This document shows, piece after piece, positions 40,284-50,310 of a DNA stretch of 64,000 nucleotides. Under the pieces are notes generated by a model. It had not been told where the DNA came from and searched no databases. It saw nothing but the letters and a program-made list of their open reading frames with translations. The stretch lies in the NCBI GenBank assembly GCA_963663035.1, contig OY760074.1, positions 2,464,001 through 2,528,000 of the forward strand, given 5' to 3'. Source of the stretch: Acidobacteriota bacterium. Lineage in GTDB: Bacteria > Acidobacteriota > UBA6911 > RPQK01 > JADFOI01. Numbering within the stretch: the stretch's first letter is position 1; the number at the start of each line of letters is the position of its first letter. The translations under genes and the position numbers were made by a program.

Positions 40284-40573
40284 CAGTGGTAATCCTCCAA
40301 GTTCAAGCGGTCGATGTAGCTGTCCTCTTCTTTAAACGTGATCCGCCAATTACCGGAAACCGAAACGCTCCATTCGTCCTGCCTGTCACCTGAGAGCCGG
40401 TGGACGCGCCAGCCGTGCGGCGCATCGGCAATAAACCCGTCGATGTGCTCAGCCAGAATCAACGCCGTCAAAATTTTGCGCACCCGGTCGACCAGATTCT
40501 GCCGTAGGAACCGGGGGTTGTCCTCTTCGATCAGTCGGCGCAATCCCCGGTGGCGGACAGAGCGAACAACCAT
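40283..40573 (-). CDS. higB: HigB toxin (RelE superfamily)
   Basis: HRGLRRL, HRLSGDR and WSVSVSGNWRITF motifs; toxin-first order. Confidence 0.92.
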   Translation of the reverse strand: MVVRSVRHRGLRRLIEEDNPRFLRQNLVDRVRKILTALILAEHIDGFIADAPHGWRVHRLSGDRQDEWSVSVSGNWRITFKEEDSYIDRLNLEDYH

Positions 40574-40657
40574 GCCATGAGTGTACGGTAATACCGTTCA
40601 CGGTGCAAGTGGTTGTGTTGCAACTTTGGCCGACGGGGGCGAGTAAAAGCTGAAACT

Positions 40658-40993
40658 TTAGTACTTTATAGCTTTGGTGAAATCCAACCTGAGCCGAAAC
40701 CCCAAGGCCGATATGATAGCCATCAGGTTATCTATCTTTGGCTTGCTTCGGCTTGAAAGCACGCGGTACAGGTGTTCGCGGTTGAGGCCGGAGCGATTCG
40801 CCAGGGCACCAACACCCCCCTGGGCCTGGGCAACATCGCGCAGGGCCAATAGCAGCCCCTCGGACTCACCACTTGCTTCACACTCATCCAGCGCGACTTC
40901 CAAGTAGGCCCGAGCTTCTTTGGGATCTTTGAGCGCTTTTAGCAGTCCTTCGTCGTAACGGACCGTGTGTTTCAAAGCCTGTTTCTCATTCAT
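40658..40993 (-). CDS. Addiction-module antidote protein (HTH)
   Basis: AYLEVAL, LLLALRDVAQAQGG..LA..SGLNRE.LYR.LS motif. Confidence 0.9.
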   Translation of the reverse strand: MNEKQALKHTVRYDEGLLKALKDPKEARAYLEVALDECEASGESEGLLLALRDVAQAQGGVGALANRSGLNREHLYRVLSSRSKPKIDNLMAIISALGFRLRLDFTKAIKY

Positions 40994-41324
40994 TGCTGCG
41001 GTTCCTCAAGTCTTGCCAATATGCTTTGGCGCGTTCAATGTCGCGACGTTGTGAGCGCTTAGTGCCACCGCAGAGCAATATTACAACCACTCTCTCCAGC
41101 TCCCCATAATACACGCGGTACCCCGGCCCATAGTGGATTCTCAGTTCAAATACGCCTTCGCCTACAGGCTCGGCGTCGCCTCTATTGCCTAGTCGCACCC
41201 GATTGATCCGGTTTCGGATGATCGCTCGTGCTTTTCTATCTCTGAGAGACTGCAACCAATCATCAAAGGGCGCGTTCCCTTGTTGGGAAACATAATTGAG
41301 CACCGTCCTAAGAGATATGTTCAT
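40986..41324 (-). CDS. RelE/ParE-family addiction-module killer protein
   Basis: PFDDWL..LRD, GN.GD..PVGEGV.ELRIHYGPGYRVYY and LLCGG.K..Q..DI motifs. Confidence 0.92.
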   Translation of the reverse strand: MNISLRTVLNYVSQQGNAPFDDWLQSLRDRKARAIIRNRINRVRLGNRGDAEPVGEGVFELRIHYGPGYRVYYGELERVVVILLCGGTKRSQRRDIERAKAYWQDLRNRSNE

Positions 41325-41399
41325 GTTCAGTATATAGCGTACACGCTACAAACGGTAGACAAAAGGTGCAGACTATAATCTGGGCCGCGGTCAAGAAGG

Positions 41400-41468
41400 T
41401 GACCTTGCCCCCTTCCTAAACCGAAAATCCTAACATTCAAACTGGAATCGTTTTAGGAGGCAAGGTCA
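41400..41468. mobile_element. 69-bp miniature element derived from the IS3 left end
   Basis: TGACCTTGCC...GGCAAGGTCA termini; the interior is the inverted IS left-end spacer with 2 substitutions. Confidence 0.85.
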
Positions 41469-41537
41469 GTGTTCCAGAAAATCCTCGACGAGAATCATCA
41501 ACCTCGCGTCCTATTTTAACCCGATATTTTCAGACTT

Positions 41538-41804
41538 TCAGACTTTCGGGGTTTCAGACTTCTTGACGACCCATCGGGCAACTAGATCTTCGACAAGCTT
41601 GCTGAACTCCCTGCCCTCATCTAAAAGACGTTTTTTAGCAGCGAGGTGCGTCTGTTTGCGCAAATAGACGGTTACCTGAGCGTAGTCCGGGTTGCTCTTC
41701 TTACCTGGCGGTCGCCCCACTTTCCGGGGGGCAGTCGCACGGGCTGTGGCTTTAAGCGCGGAGGTTTTAGGTTTTTCTTGGGTAGGTAGCTTTCCGAAGT
41801 TCTC
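41538..41804 (-). pseudogene. Partition-type small DNA-binding (ribbon-helix-helix-like) protein, N-terminally truncated by the IS
   Basis: GRPPGKKSNPDYAQVTVYLRK..H...K..L......S.LVE; the frame stays open up to the IS end. Confidence 0.6.
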
Positions 41805-43071
41805 TGACCTTGCCCCCTAAAACGAGTCCAGTTTGAATGTTAGGATTTCCGGTTTAGGAAGGAGGCAAGGATGGCAGGGAAGCGGTTTAGGGCAGAACAG
41901 ATCATCATGAAGCTGCGTGAGGCAGAGGTGGGTCTGGCCCAAGGACAGAGGGTGGGACAGGTGTCGAAGCAGATGGGGGTGAGCGAGCAGACCTACTACC
42001 GGTGGCGCAAAGAGTACGGAGGGCTCCGGTTGGACCAGGCCAAGAGGTTGAAGGTGTTGGAGAAGGAGAATACCCGGTTGAAGAAGCTGGTGGCGGATCT
42101 GTCTTTGGACAAGCAGATCCTGAAGGAAGTGTCCTCGGGAAACTTCTAGGCCCGGCGAACAGGAGACGAGCGGTGATGTGGGTACGAGAGCGATTAGGAG
42201 CAGAGCAAGTCTCCGAACGTCGGGCCTGCCAAGTGCTGGGACAGGTTCGATCGACCCAGCGAAGGGAAAGGCAAATTCCCGATGATGAGGCCCGATTGGT
42301 GGCCCGGATGGTGGAGTTGGCTACGCAATACGGGCGTTATGGCTACCGGCGGGTCACGGCGATACTTCATGGGGAAGGGTGGAAGGTGAATCCTAAGCGG
42401 GTGGAGAGGCTGTGGAGACAAGAAGGGCTGAAAGTCCCGTCCAGACAGCCGAAACGAAGGAGGCTGTGGCTTAATGACGGTTCCTGTGTTCGGTTACGAG
42501 CGGCTCGCAAGAACCACGTCTGGAGCTATGATTTCGTGCATGAACGGACCCATGATGGGCGAGCCTTTCGGCTATTGACGATCCTGGATGAGTACACCAG
42601 AGAGTGCCTCGCCATTGATGTGAAACGGCAGATGAATCACCAAGACGTGTTGGACCGGCTGGCGGAGTTATTCGTTGATCGGGGAGTGCCTGAGTTTATC
42701 CGGTCCGATAACGGATCGGAGTTTACGGCACAGGCGGTCCGGGACTGGCTGCAGGCTGTTGGGGTAAGGACCTTGTACATCGAGCCGGGCAGCCCCTGGG
42801 AGAATGGGTACATTGAGAGTTTCAACGGGAAACTACGGGATGAGCTGCTGAACATGGAGATCTTCGACACGCTGGGGGAAGCCAAGGTGTTGGTAGAACG
42901 CTGGCGGAGGGATTACAATCAGATCCGGCCTCACAGCGCCTTGGCCTATCGGCCGCCGGCGCCAGAGGCCAAACTACCTAGGTCGCAGGCACTGGATCCA
43001 ATCCCTTGGAGTGGACTTCAAATGGTCCCGGGTCTAGCATAGAGGGTGGACTCGTTCGTGGGGGCAGGTCA
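41805..43071 (+). mobile_element. IS3-family element, copy 3
   Basis: Same IRs and ORFs; one visible substitution (ERVS to EQVS). Confidence 0.97.
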
Positions 43072-43128
43072 GCGGCTGTGAAAAGGCCCGAAAGCTAAAG
43101 CCTACGGGCCAGCCCCGCTTGCGATACA

Positions 43129-44940
43129 ATGTCGACTGTGGCGACGCGAAAAACAGTGCGAATTGGCAACGCCAGCGGGTACTGGGGAGACGATTCGGAC
43201 GCTCTGGCCCAACAGGCTGCTGGTCCTCTCGATTACATCACGCTGGATTTTCTGGCCGAGATTACCATGTCCGTCCTGCAGAAACAGCGCTCCAGGCGAG
43301 CCGAACTGGGCTATGCCACTGACTTTCTCGACCAGATGCGGGCCTGCCTCCCCACTCTCAGCGACAGCGGAACTCGAATCATCAGCAATGCGGGAGGCAT
43401 CAACCCGCAGGGCTGTGCCGAGGAACTGGCAAAAATCGCACAGGCACTGGGAGTACAAACCACCATCGCGGTGGTCTGTGGGGACGATCTCACCGATCGT
43501 CTGGACCCACTTCTGGAGAAGGGAATCCCTCTCACCAACCTGGACACCGGCCAGAGCCTGCAGACCATACGCGACCGCGTGCGAGGCGCCAATGCCTATC
43601 TGGGCGCAGCACCCGTCATCAAAGCGCTGGAGGAAGGGGCCGAGATCGTCATCACCGGCCGGGTCACCGACGCCGGCATCACCGTGGCGCCTCTGGCCTT
43701 TGAGTTCGAGTGGAGCCTACAGGATTGGGATCGACTGGCGGGGGCCGTGGCAGCGGGCCATATTTTGGAATGCGGGGCACAAGCCAGCGGGGGCAATATC
43801 ACCGATTGGCAAACGGTACCTTCCTTTCTGAACATGGGACATCCCATTGTGGAGTACTCTGCAGAGGGAAGCTTCTGCGTGACCAAGCACAGCAACACCG
43901 GAGGCGTGGTTAACCGCCAAACCGTCACCTCCCAACTGGTTTACGAAATAGGGGATCCACGCAGCTACATGACCCCGGACGTGATTGCTGATTTTTCCAG
44001 CATCACCCTGGAGGACCAGGGAGAAGACCGGGTCAAGATTTCGGGAGTGAAGGGGCGAGCACGTACCGATCAGCTGAAGGTTTCCATCGCCTACCAGGCC
44101 GGTTACAAAGCCCACGGCACCATGATTGTGAGTGGTCCCGATGCAGTTGAGAAATGCCGCCTCCTGGCCCATCTGTTGTGGAAGCGTCTGGGGCTGGAGT
44201 TCGAGGAGACCAGTACTGAACTCGTGGGTCACAGCGCCTGCCACCACCATTTGGCGCCCGCAACCGATCCGCCTGAGATCCTTCTTCGCCTGGGAGTTCG
44301 TGACTCGAACCGGGAAAAAGTTGAGGCCTTCACCAGAAAATCGACTTCCCTTGTTCTCAACAGTGTTCCCGGAGTGGCCCTGGTGGGGGCACGGCCCCGG
44401 GTTGAGGAGGTTGTAGCCTTCTGGCCTTGTCTGGTTCCCGCCTCAGAAGTGACTGCCAACGTGACGCTGCTGGACAGCAGCCACACCTTTCAAATTCCGT
44501 GGACACCGGCCCAGGGAGAGGCATCATCACCACCTGCCGACCTTCCAGAGTGTCAGGAGAAAGCGCCCACCCCTGCCAAGGGGCGCTCAGTGAGGGTGCC
44601 ACTCAGGGAACTCTGCTACGCTCGTTCAGGAGATAAAGGAGACACCTGCAATATCGGGGTGGTGAGCCGCAGCCAGGAGATCTACGACTGGATCTGCCAT
44701 GAACTCACTGCCCCGCGGCTGAAGGATTACTTCTCAGAGCTCTGCCAGGGAAGGGTGGAGCGCTTTGAGATCCCCAATCTCCTGGCCCTCAATTTTCTAC
44801 TGCACCAATCCTTGGGTGGAGGCGGAACCCTCTCGCTGCGAATTGACCCTCAAGGGAAAACCTTAGCAGACGCACTACTCCTGATGGAGGTGGAGGTCCC
44901 GGAAGAACTGCTGGGGGGAACGCTGAACGCTGACCACTGA
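43129..44940 (+). CDS. atuA: Acyclic terpene utilisation AtuA-family protein
   Basis: RIGNASGYWGD, DFLAEITM, SNAGG.NP, GRVTD, GHILECG and ARSGDKGD motifs. Confidence 0.9.
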   Translation: MSTVATRKTVRIGNASGYWGDDSDALAQQAAGPLDYITLDFLAEITMSVLQKQRSRRAELGYATDFLDQMRACLPTLSDSGTRIISNAGGINPQGCAEELAKIAQALGVQTTIAVVCGDDLTDRLDPLLEKGIPLTNLDTGQSLQTIRDRVRGANAYLGAAPVIKALEEGAEIVITGRVTDAGITVAPLAFEFEWSLQDWDRLAGAVAAGHILECGAQASGGNITDWQTVPSFLNMGHPIVEYSAEGSFCVTKHSNTGGVVNRQTVTSQLVYEIGDPRSYMTPDVIADFSSITLEDQGEDRVKISGVKGRARTDQLKVSIAYQAGYKAHGTMIVSGPDAVEKCRLLAHLLWKRLGLEFEETSTELVGHSACHHHLAPATDPPEILLRLGVRDSNREKVEAFTRKSTSLVLNSVPGVALVGARPRVEEVVAFWPCLVPASEVTANVTLLDSSHTFQIPWTPAQGEASSPPADLPECQEKAPTPAKGRSVRVPLRELCYARSGDKGDTCNIGVVSRSQEIYDWICHELTAPRLKDYFSELCQGRVERFEIPNLLALNFLLHQSLGGGGTLSLRIDPQGKTLADALLLMEVEVPEELLGGTLNADH

Positions 44941-44992
44941 CCGCTGACAGGAGAGAGAATCCAGAATATCTCCGGAACCGGAGGTCTTGCCC

Positions 44993-45190
44993 CTATCCCC
45001 CCGGCGTCGCGGCCTGGCCCTTGCTCCCCATGAGCATGAGGGCAATGGCAAGCAGTGCAAAGTTGTCGCAGGCTCGGGAAAAGGACTCGGCAGGGATGTT
45101 CATGATGGGACTGCCCACTAAGCCCACAATGACGCCAACGATGAAGGCCACGAAGGCAAGACCAACTAATCCTTTGGCAAGGTTCTCCAT
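44993..45190 (-). CDS. Small two-TM membrane protein
   Basis: Strong RBS AGGAGGAGG; two hydrophobic helices. Confidence 0.7.
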   Translation of the reverse strand: MENLAKGLVGLAFVAFIVGVIVGLVGSPIMNIPAESFSRACDNFALLAIALMLMGSKGQAATPGG

Positions 45191-45285
45191 GATTGACCTC
45201 CTCCTTTCAGGCAGGTCTGACTCACTTGCGGAGTTGTGGCGATTTTAGCAGGAGGAGCTGAAGTTTTCGGCCGGGATGGGTGGGC

Positions 45286-45888
45286 TTATTCCCCGGCCAG
45301 CCTGATTAATTCCCGTTCCAACAGTTGCTGGCTGTATTTGGTTCCGTTGGGCAGGTTGCGGTTCTGCATCCACACAGTTGGCTTGGGCACCGTCCCTTCC
45401 CAGGTGATCTGAGGTTCATAGACCACAAAGATGTCCCAGGCGGCTTCTCCCCTGGGGTAGTTCAACTCGCTGGTGAAGGTCTTGAGGCCGAAGCCCCAGA
45501 GGTCCCAAAAGTGCTCTACCCGGGGGTCTGCCAGGAAAGCCGAGGCCTCTTTGGAGGTCGATTCGTTATCCCTCTGAAGGATGGGGGACCAGAGGGCAAA
45601 GACCTTGAGTTTCGCGTCCGGGTTCCGCTGCAGGACTTCTAAAGTTTCGAGGGCCCCTCGAAGACAATTGGGTCAAGTGGGAGAAAACACCAGGACCAGA
45701 CGAGTACGATCTGCCGTGGCGTTGAAAGCGTTGACGAATTCTTTTCCGTCAAAAGAAAGCGTTGAGACATACTGTTGCTCCCCTGGGAAAACGTCCTGGT
45801 AAGCGACCTCAAGTCTGGATGATGGAAGCTGCCCTGCCTCAAGAGACGGGAAAAACGCCAGCAGGAGTAGCAAAAACGGTAGTCTCAT
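45286..45888 (-). CDS. Secreted thioredoxin-fold selenoprotein (UxxC), 200 aa
   Basis: Signal peptide; LVLVFSPT-TGA-PNC; the frame stays open for 128 codons after TGA 45673-45675 (ADPRVEHFWD, AWDIFVVY). Confidence 0.85.
45646..45662 (-). promoter_or_regulatory. Candidate bacterial SECIS hairpin
   Basis: TTCGAG-GGGCC-CTCGAA beginning 10 nt 3' of the in-frame TGA, with G in the loop. Confidence 0.7.
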
Positions 45889-45982
45889 AACACTGAAGAT
45901 ATCGAATCACTCTGTAGGTTGCAAGTAGAAGGTGAAATGGAGTGAAAAAACCCAGTGTGTGAAGACGGGTCACGGGGAGGAC

Positions 45983-47104
45983 TCATCGCCGTGTCAACTT
46001 CTTCATGAGTGATGCCAGGCCACCTGAACCGCCTTTGCTGGGTACATTCACAGCCTTGTCCCCTGTATATCGCAAGGCCAAGCCAACGGCAACCGCAAAA
46101 TCACAGCCATCATCTTTTCCAGCCGGCAGCGTCCTTCCATTCCTTTTCACCTTTTCAAAGGGGTTGAGAAATTCGACCGGGACCTGAAAGGTCTCTTGCA
46201 AGAACTCCCTCAATCCCTCTGTGCGACTGGCACCTCCACAGATGTAAATCGTTTCCATTTCCTCGAACTCGGAAGCCGTTCTGAAATAGTCAAATGTCTT
46301 TTGGACCTCGAGAGCTAAAATCTCTGAAACAGACTGCAGAACAGTGCTCACTGTGCCTTTAAGCTCCTCTGGTGCTTTCCCCTGTTTGTATTGGTCGGCC
46401 TCCTCAAAGGAAACACCCAGATCTCTCTGAACATATTCGGTGTAATAGTTTCCGCCCATTCCGATGTCGCGAGTGAAAATGAACTCGTTCCCTGTGGCGA
46501 TATTGACGTTCATGATGGATGCACCGATGTTCAGCAATGCCACCACACTATCCGCTTTGGGCTTGTAGTTGACCTCATAGACATTATGCAGAGCGAAGGA
46601 ATCAAGGTCCATGATCGCCGGTTCCTTTCCTGCCATGGCGATAACATCGCTCTGGTTGTCGATGGTCTCTCGCTTGGCAGCAACCAGGATGACATTGGTC
46701 TCACTGCCGTCTGCGGATGGACCCAGGAGGTGGTAGTCCAGATACACTTCAGCGATGTCGAAAGGGATATACTGCTCTGCTTCCCAGTGGATCGATTCTC
46801 CCACTTCCTCTGCGCTCTTGGCGGGCAGCGATATCTTCTTTACGATCACCGCCGGGCCAGAGACCGAGCTTGCAATCTGATCGCTCTTGATTTTCTGGGA
46901 ATGGAAAAGGTTATTGATCGCGTCTGCGACAGCCTCCCGTTTGGTGATTGCTCCATCGATTATCGTACCGGTGGCAAGAGGTTCTATTCCAGCAGACTCG
47001 AGCTGATAGCCTCCACGCACCGATTGCAGGGACACCACTTTGATAGCCGAGGAGCCAATGTCCAAACCAATCAAATTACTTGCTTTAGATCCAAATAACG
47101 CCAT
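45983..47104 (-). CDS. pilM: Type IV pilus assembly protein PilM
   Basis: IGLDIGSSAIK, SVSGPAVIVKKI, WEAEQYIPF, ICGGAS and AVAVGLALR motifs. Confidence 0.95.
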   Translation of the reverse strand: MALFGSKASNLIGLDIGSSAIKVVSLQSVRGGYQLESAGIEPLATGTIIDGAITKREAVADAINNLFHSQKIKSDQIASSVSGPAVIVKKISLPAKSAEEVGESIHWEAEQYIPFDIAEVYLDYHLLGPSADGSETNVILVAAKRETIDNQSDVIAMAGKEPAIMDLDSFALHNVYEVNYKPKADSVVALLNIGASIMNVNIATGNEFIFTRDIGMGGNYYTEYVQRDLGVSFEEADQYKQGKAPEELKGTVSTVLQSVSEILALEVQKTFDYFRTASEFEEMETIYICGGASRTEGLREFLQETFQVPVEFLNPFEKVKRNGRTLPAGKDDGCDFAVAVGLALRYTGDKAVNVPSKGGSGGLASLMKKLTRR

Positions 47105-47123
47105 GAGATCTCCTCTCAACAGT

Positions 47124-50036
47124 TCAATCTATTTTCTCTTCTTGTACCGTTTCTCCTGTCTTCGCTTCCGCTCCCTCTTTCCCTGAGTAGTGGAGGCAGT
47201 AATTGCGTATCTGCTCCAGAGGCAGAACCCTGCGGAGCTCTTCCAGTGTTGTAATGCCCTGGGCGACCTTGTTGAGGGCATCCCCAACCATCGGCATGAG
47301 GCCGGTGCGTCGAGCCACCTCCCGAATATCCCCTTCGAGATTGCTTATGGCTAAAATCACTTCCGGACTCAGCTCCCAATATTCGTAAACACCCAACCGG
47401 CCCTTGTAGCCAAGATAATCACAGGCCGCACAACCGGCACCACTTACAAATTCTACACCTTCAGGACGGCCACCGGGGTAAAAAAGGGAAATCAGTGCCG
47501 GATCCGGCCCATAGTGTTGCCGGCACTTGGTACAGATGCGTCGTGCCAATCGCTGCGACATGACCGCCAAAAGAGCCTCCCCGGCCAGGGCGCTGTCAAC
47601 CCCCAGGTTGCGCAGCCGCTGGAGTGCCCCCACACTGTCATTGGTATGCAGGGTGCTAAAGACCAGATGCCCGGTCATGGCCGCCCTGAGACACGACTCG
47701 GCAGTTGCCTCGTCACGAATCTCACCAATCAGAATGATATCCGGATCCTTCCGCAAAAAACGGCGAGCGTACTCGGAGAAGGTATTTCCAATATCCTCAT
47801 TGACCTTGTACTGACAAATCCCATCCAGGTAATACTCCACCGGATCCTCAGCGGTGACGATTTTCTTCTCTGTACTGTTGAGGTGAGCCAGGGTGGAATA
47901 GAGAGTCGTGCTCTTCCCACTTCCGGTTGGACCCGTCAGCAAGATCAATCCCTGAGGGTTTTCAACCAGAAGTAAGTAGCGCTCCAACATTTTAGGTGGA
48001 CAACCTAAAGCTTCCAGTGGCAGTAAATTTTTTGAAGTATCAAGAATTCGAATGACAGCGTCTTCTCCAAAATCGGTCGTATGAAGATTGATGCGAAAGT
48101 CCACAAAGCGACCTTTCCCGATGCTCATCTTAAAGACGCCATCCTGGGACCGCCGGTGCTCGGTAATGTCCAGAGCTGCATCCACCTTAAAGACTGAGAT
48201 GATGCTTCGGATGTTGTCCTTCGTCATGGGCGTCTTGCGCTCTTGCAGAAGACCGTCTAGCCGAAACCGCACACGAATGCGGTTTTCCATGTTTTCGACG
48301 TGAACGTCGCTGGCAGACTCAACCACAGCTCGGTAGAGAACCTGATTAATGATCCTCCTGATCTGAGGAATATCCTCGGTGGCAACGAGATCCTTTCGAT
48401 CGTGCACCGCACCCAGCGAAACGGTCTCCATCTCCACCTGATCCTCTATGAGCCCCTGGAAGTTGTACAGATAGCCGATGCCTTCCTTGAGGTTGGAAGG
48501 GGAAGACAAGACAGGTTTCAAGTTAAAGCCATGGTGAGCCAACGAACTCTTTACCGAGTCAATTACTTTCAAGTCATAGGGTTCGGCCATGGCCACTACC
48601 AGCTCTTTGGACTCGTAGTCGACCGACAGGGGCAGTACCAGATTGCGCTGAGCGAACCTCTGTGAAATGAGCTTGCTCAATTCCAAGTCGATGTCCCCGC
48701 TGGAAAAGCGGCGATACTCGTATCCAAGCCTCTCCGCCAAATACATGAAAGTCACGTCTTCTGACACATATCCGTGCCGGATCAACAACTCACCCAGTTT
48801 CGCTTTCGAAGTTTTCTGTTCCCGCAAACAGATGTCCAGCTGGGTTCGGTCGATGAAACCCTCGGCCAGCAGATAGTCACCCAGCCGCATCTCCTCGGCT
48901 CTCAAATAGTGACGGCGCTCGTAGCACTCCTTGATGCCAGTTTTCAGTTCTTCAGCGTCGGTAGGAATGAGTTTCGGATGCAGACCTGTCACTTGCCTGA
49001 TCTCTGAAACCAGAGTGGCATCGGGAGCACCCGAACTGGCTAACAGCAAGTCTCCCATGATCTTGCTCAAGGGCAGCACCTGGTACTCTAAAGCCATTGC
49101 CTCGGGGATCAAGCGCAGGACTTTCGTGTCAATGAAAGAAGAGGGATCAAAGTGAGGTTTATCAGTGCCCTCCCGTTCCTTCAGATGTTGTTGGAGTTCC
49201 TCTTCCGAGAGAAAGTGGAGGTCAACTAAAAGCTCGCTGAGCTTTTTCGGCTCAGCGCCGTATTGGCTTTGCTCCGCATACTTGAGAAAGTCTAGTTTGG
49301 ATTCCTCTTTCGCGATCGGATCGCTTTCCTGCTCTGCTTTCGCTTCCTCTACAGGCTCATCTACTGCCCCCTCTACTGGCTCCTCTACTGGCTCCGGCTG
49401 GGAAGCCTCCGCCGGAACTGGATCGTTCGGCTGCTCTGCTGCCGCTTCCTCTACTGCTTCCTCTACTGCTTCCTCTACTGCCCCCTCTACTGGCTCCTCT
49501 ACTGGCTCCGGCTGGGAAGCCTCCGCCGGAACTGGATCGCTCGCCTGCTCTGCTTCCGCTTCCTCGACTGCCTCCACTACAACCTTTGGTTGGGAGGTCT
49601 CTATCGGAAATCGATCGCTGGCCTCGCCCATGTCTGCATACCCTATAGTGTCCCCTAGCGGAAAGGGATCGCTGGCATCGCCCAGTTCTGCATACCGTAT
49701 AGGCTCTGGCTGGGCTTGATCCCCGTCAACTTTGGATTCATCAGGAGCACCATCCACCGGCGCTTCCACTTCAGAACCGGAAGAGGGAACAATGTGAATC
49801 ACTTTGCCCAATCGCTCTCGAAGTTCCTGCAACTGCTCCGGCGACAGGTCTTTCTCGGCGGCCAGTACCACATCCTGTGGACCATACCTGCCCACGGGAG
49901 TGACCCCGAAGTCTCGAACCACGTCAGCAGGAAAGTCTTTGATGAGATCAGGGTCGGCCTGAACGGCCAATTTGAAGTCGACCTTTTCGTCTGTGGTGGG
50001 CCCGTCCTGGGAAGAACTTTGGTGCGAATCGGTCAT
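47124..50036 (-). CDS. pilB: PilB/GspE-type ATPase with MshEN domain and acidic repeat insert
   Basis: ASDVHVE, GPTGSGKS, AEDPVEY, DPDIILIGEIRD, TGHLVFSTLHTND and CTKC/CAAC motifs. Confidence 0.92.
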   Translation of the reverse strand: MTDSHQSSSQDGPTTDEKVDFKLAVQADPDLIKDFPADVVRDFGVTPVGRYGPQDVVLAAEKDLSPEQLQELRERLGKVIHIVPSSGSEVEAPVDGAPDESKVDGDQAQPEPIRYAELGDASDPFPLGDTIGYADMGEASDRFPIETSQPKVVVEAVEEAEAEQASDPVPAEASQPEPVEEPVEGAVEEAVEEAVEEAAAEQPNDPVPAEASQPEPVEEPVEGAVDEPVEEAKAEQESDPIAKEESKLDFLKYAEQSQYGAEPKKLSELLVDLHFLSEEELQQHLKEREGTDKPHFDPSSFIDTKVLRLIPEAMALEYQVLPLSKIMGDLLLASSGAPDATLVSEIRQVTGLHPKLIPTDAEELKTGIKECYERRHYLRAEEMRLGDYLLAEGFIDRTQLDICLREQKTSKAKLGELLIRHGYVSEDVTFMYLAERLGYEYRRFSSGDIDLELSKLISQRFAQRNLVLPLSVDYESKELVVAMAEPYDLKVIDSVKSSLAHHGFNLKPVLSSPSNLKEGIGYLYNFQGLIEDQVEMETVSLGAVHDRKDLVATEDIPQIRRIINQVLYRAVVESASDVHVENMENRIRVRFRLDGLLQERKTPMTKDNIRSIISVFKVDAALDITEHRRSQDGVFKMSIGKGRFVDFRINLHTTDFGEDAVIRILDTSKNLLPLEALGCPPKMLERYLLLVENPQGLILLTGPTGSGKSTTLYSTLAHLNSTEKKIVTAEDPVEYYLDGICQYKVNEDIGNTFSEYARRFLRKDPDIILIGEIRDEATAESCLRAAMTGHLVFSTLHTNDSVGALQRLRNLGVDSALAGEALLAVMSQRLARRICTKCRQHYGPDPALISLFYPGGRPEGVEFVSGAGCAACDYLGYKGRLGVYEYWELSPEVILAISNLEGDIREVARRTGLMPMVGDALNKVAQGITTLEELRRVLPLEQIRNYCLHYSGKEGAEAKTGETVQEEKID

Positions 50037-50083
50037 GGCGAATGGATCGTCCTTATTAGACTTCCATTATACCAAAAGCTACT

Positions 50084-50310
50084 CTAATTAGCGGTGAAGA
50101 GCTGGCGGAAGCCCAGGCTCACAATGTCCTGGAGACGAGGCGTGGCGGGAGGCATTTGGGTCGGATTCAGAAAGTCGGTGTCGAACGAGAAGTTGAGATC
50201 AGCAATCGAAAAGACGGCGGTGCAGCACTTAAAGACCCCAACCCCGTACTGGGAATAGTAGAGACTGGCCAGAGAACCCCGGTAGTTGAAAGCTTGGCCG
50301 CTTGGCCACT
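50084..50310 (-). pseudogene. C-terminal remnant of a PilX-like / pilus-associated protein
   Basis: Manual translation WPSGQAFNYRGSLASLYYSQYGVGVFKCCTAVFSIADLNFSFDTDFLNPTQMPPATPRLQDIVSLGFRQLFTAN*; begins at the IS end; upstream of pilB. Confidence 0.6.
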
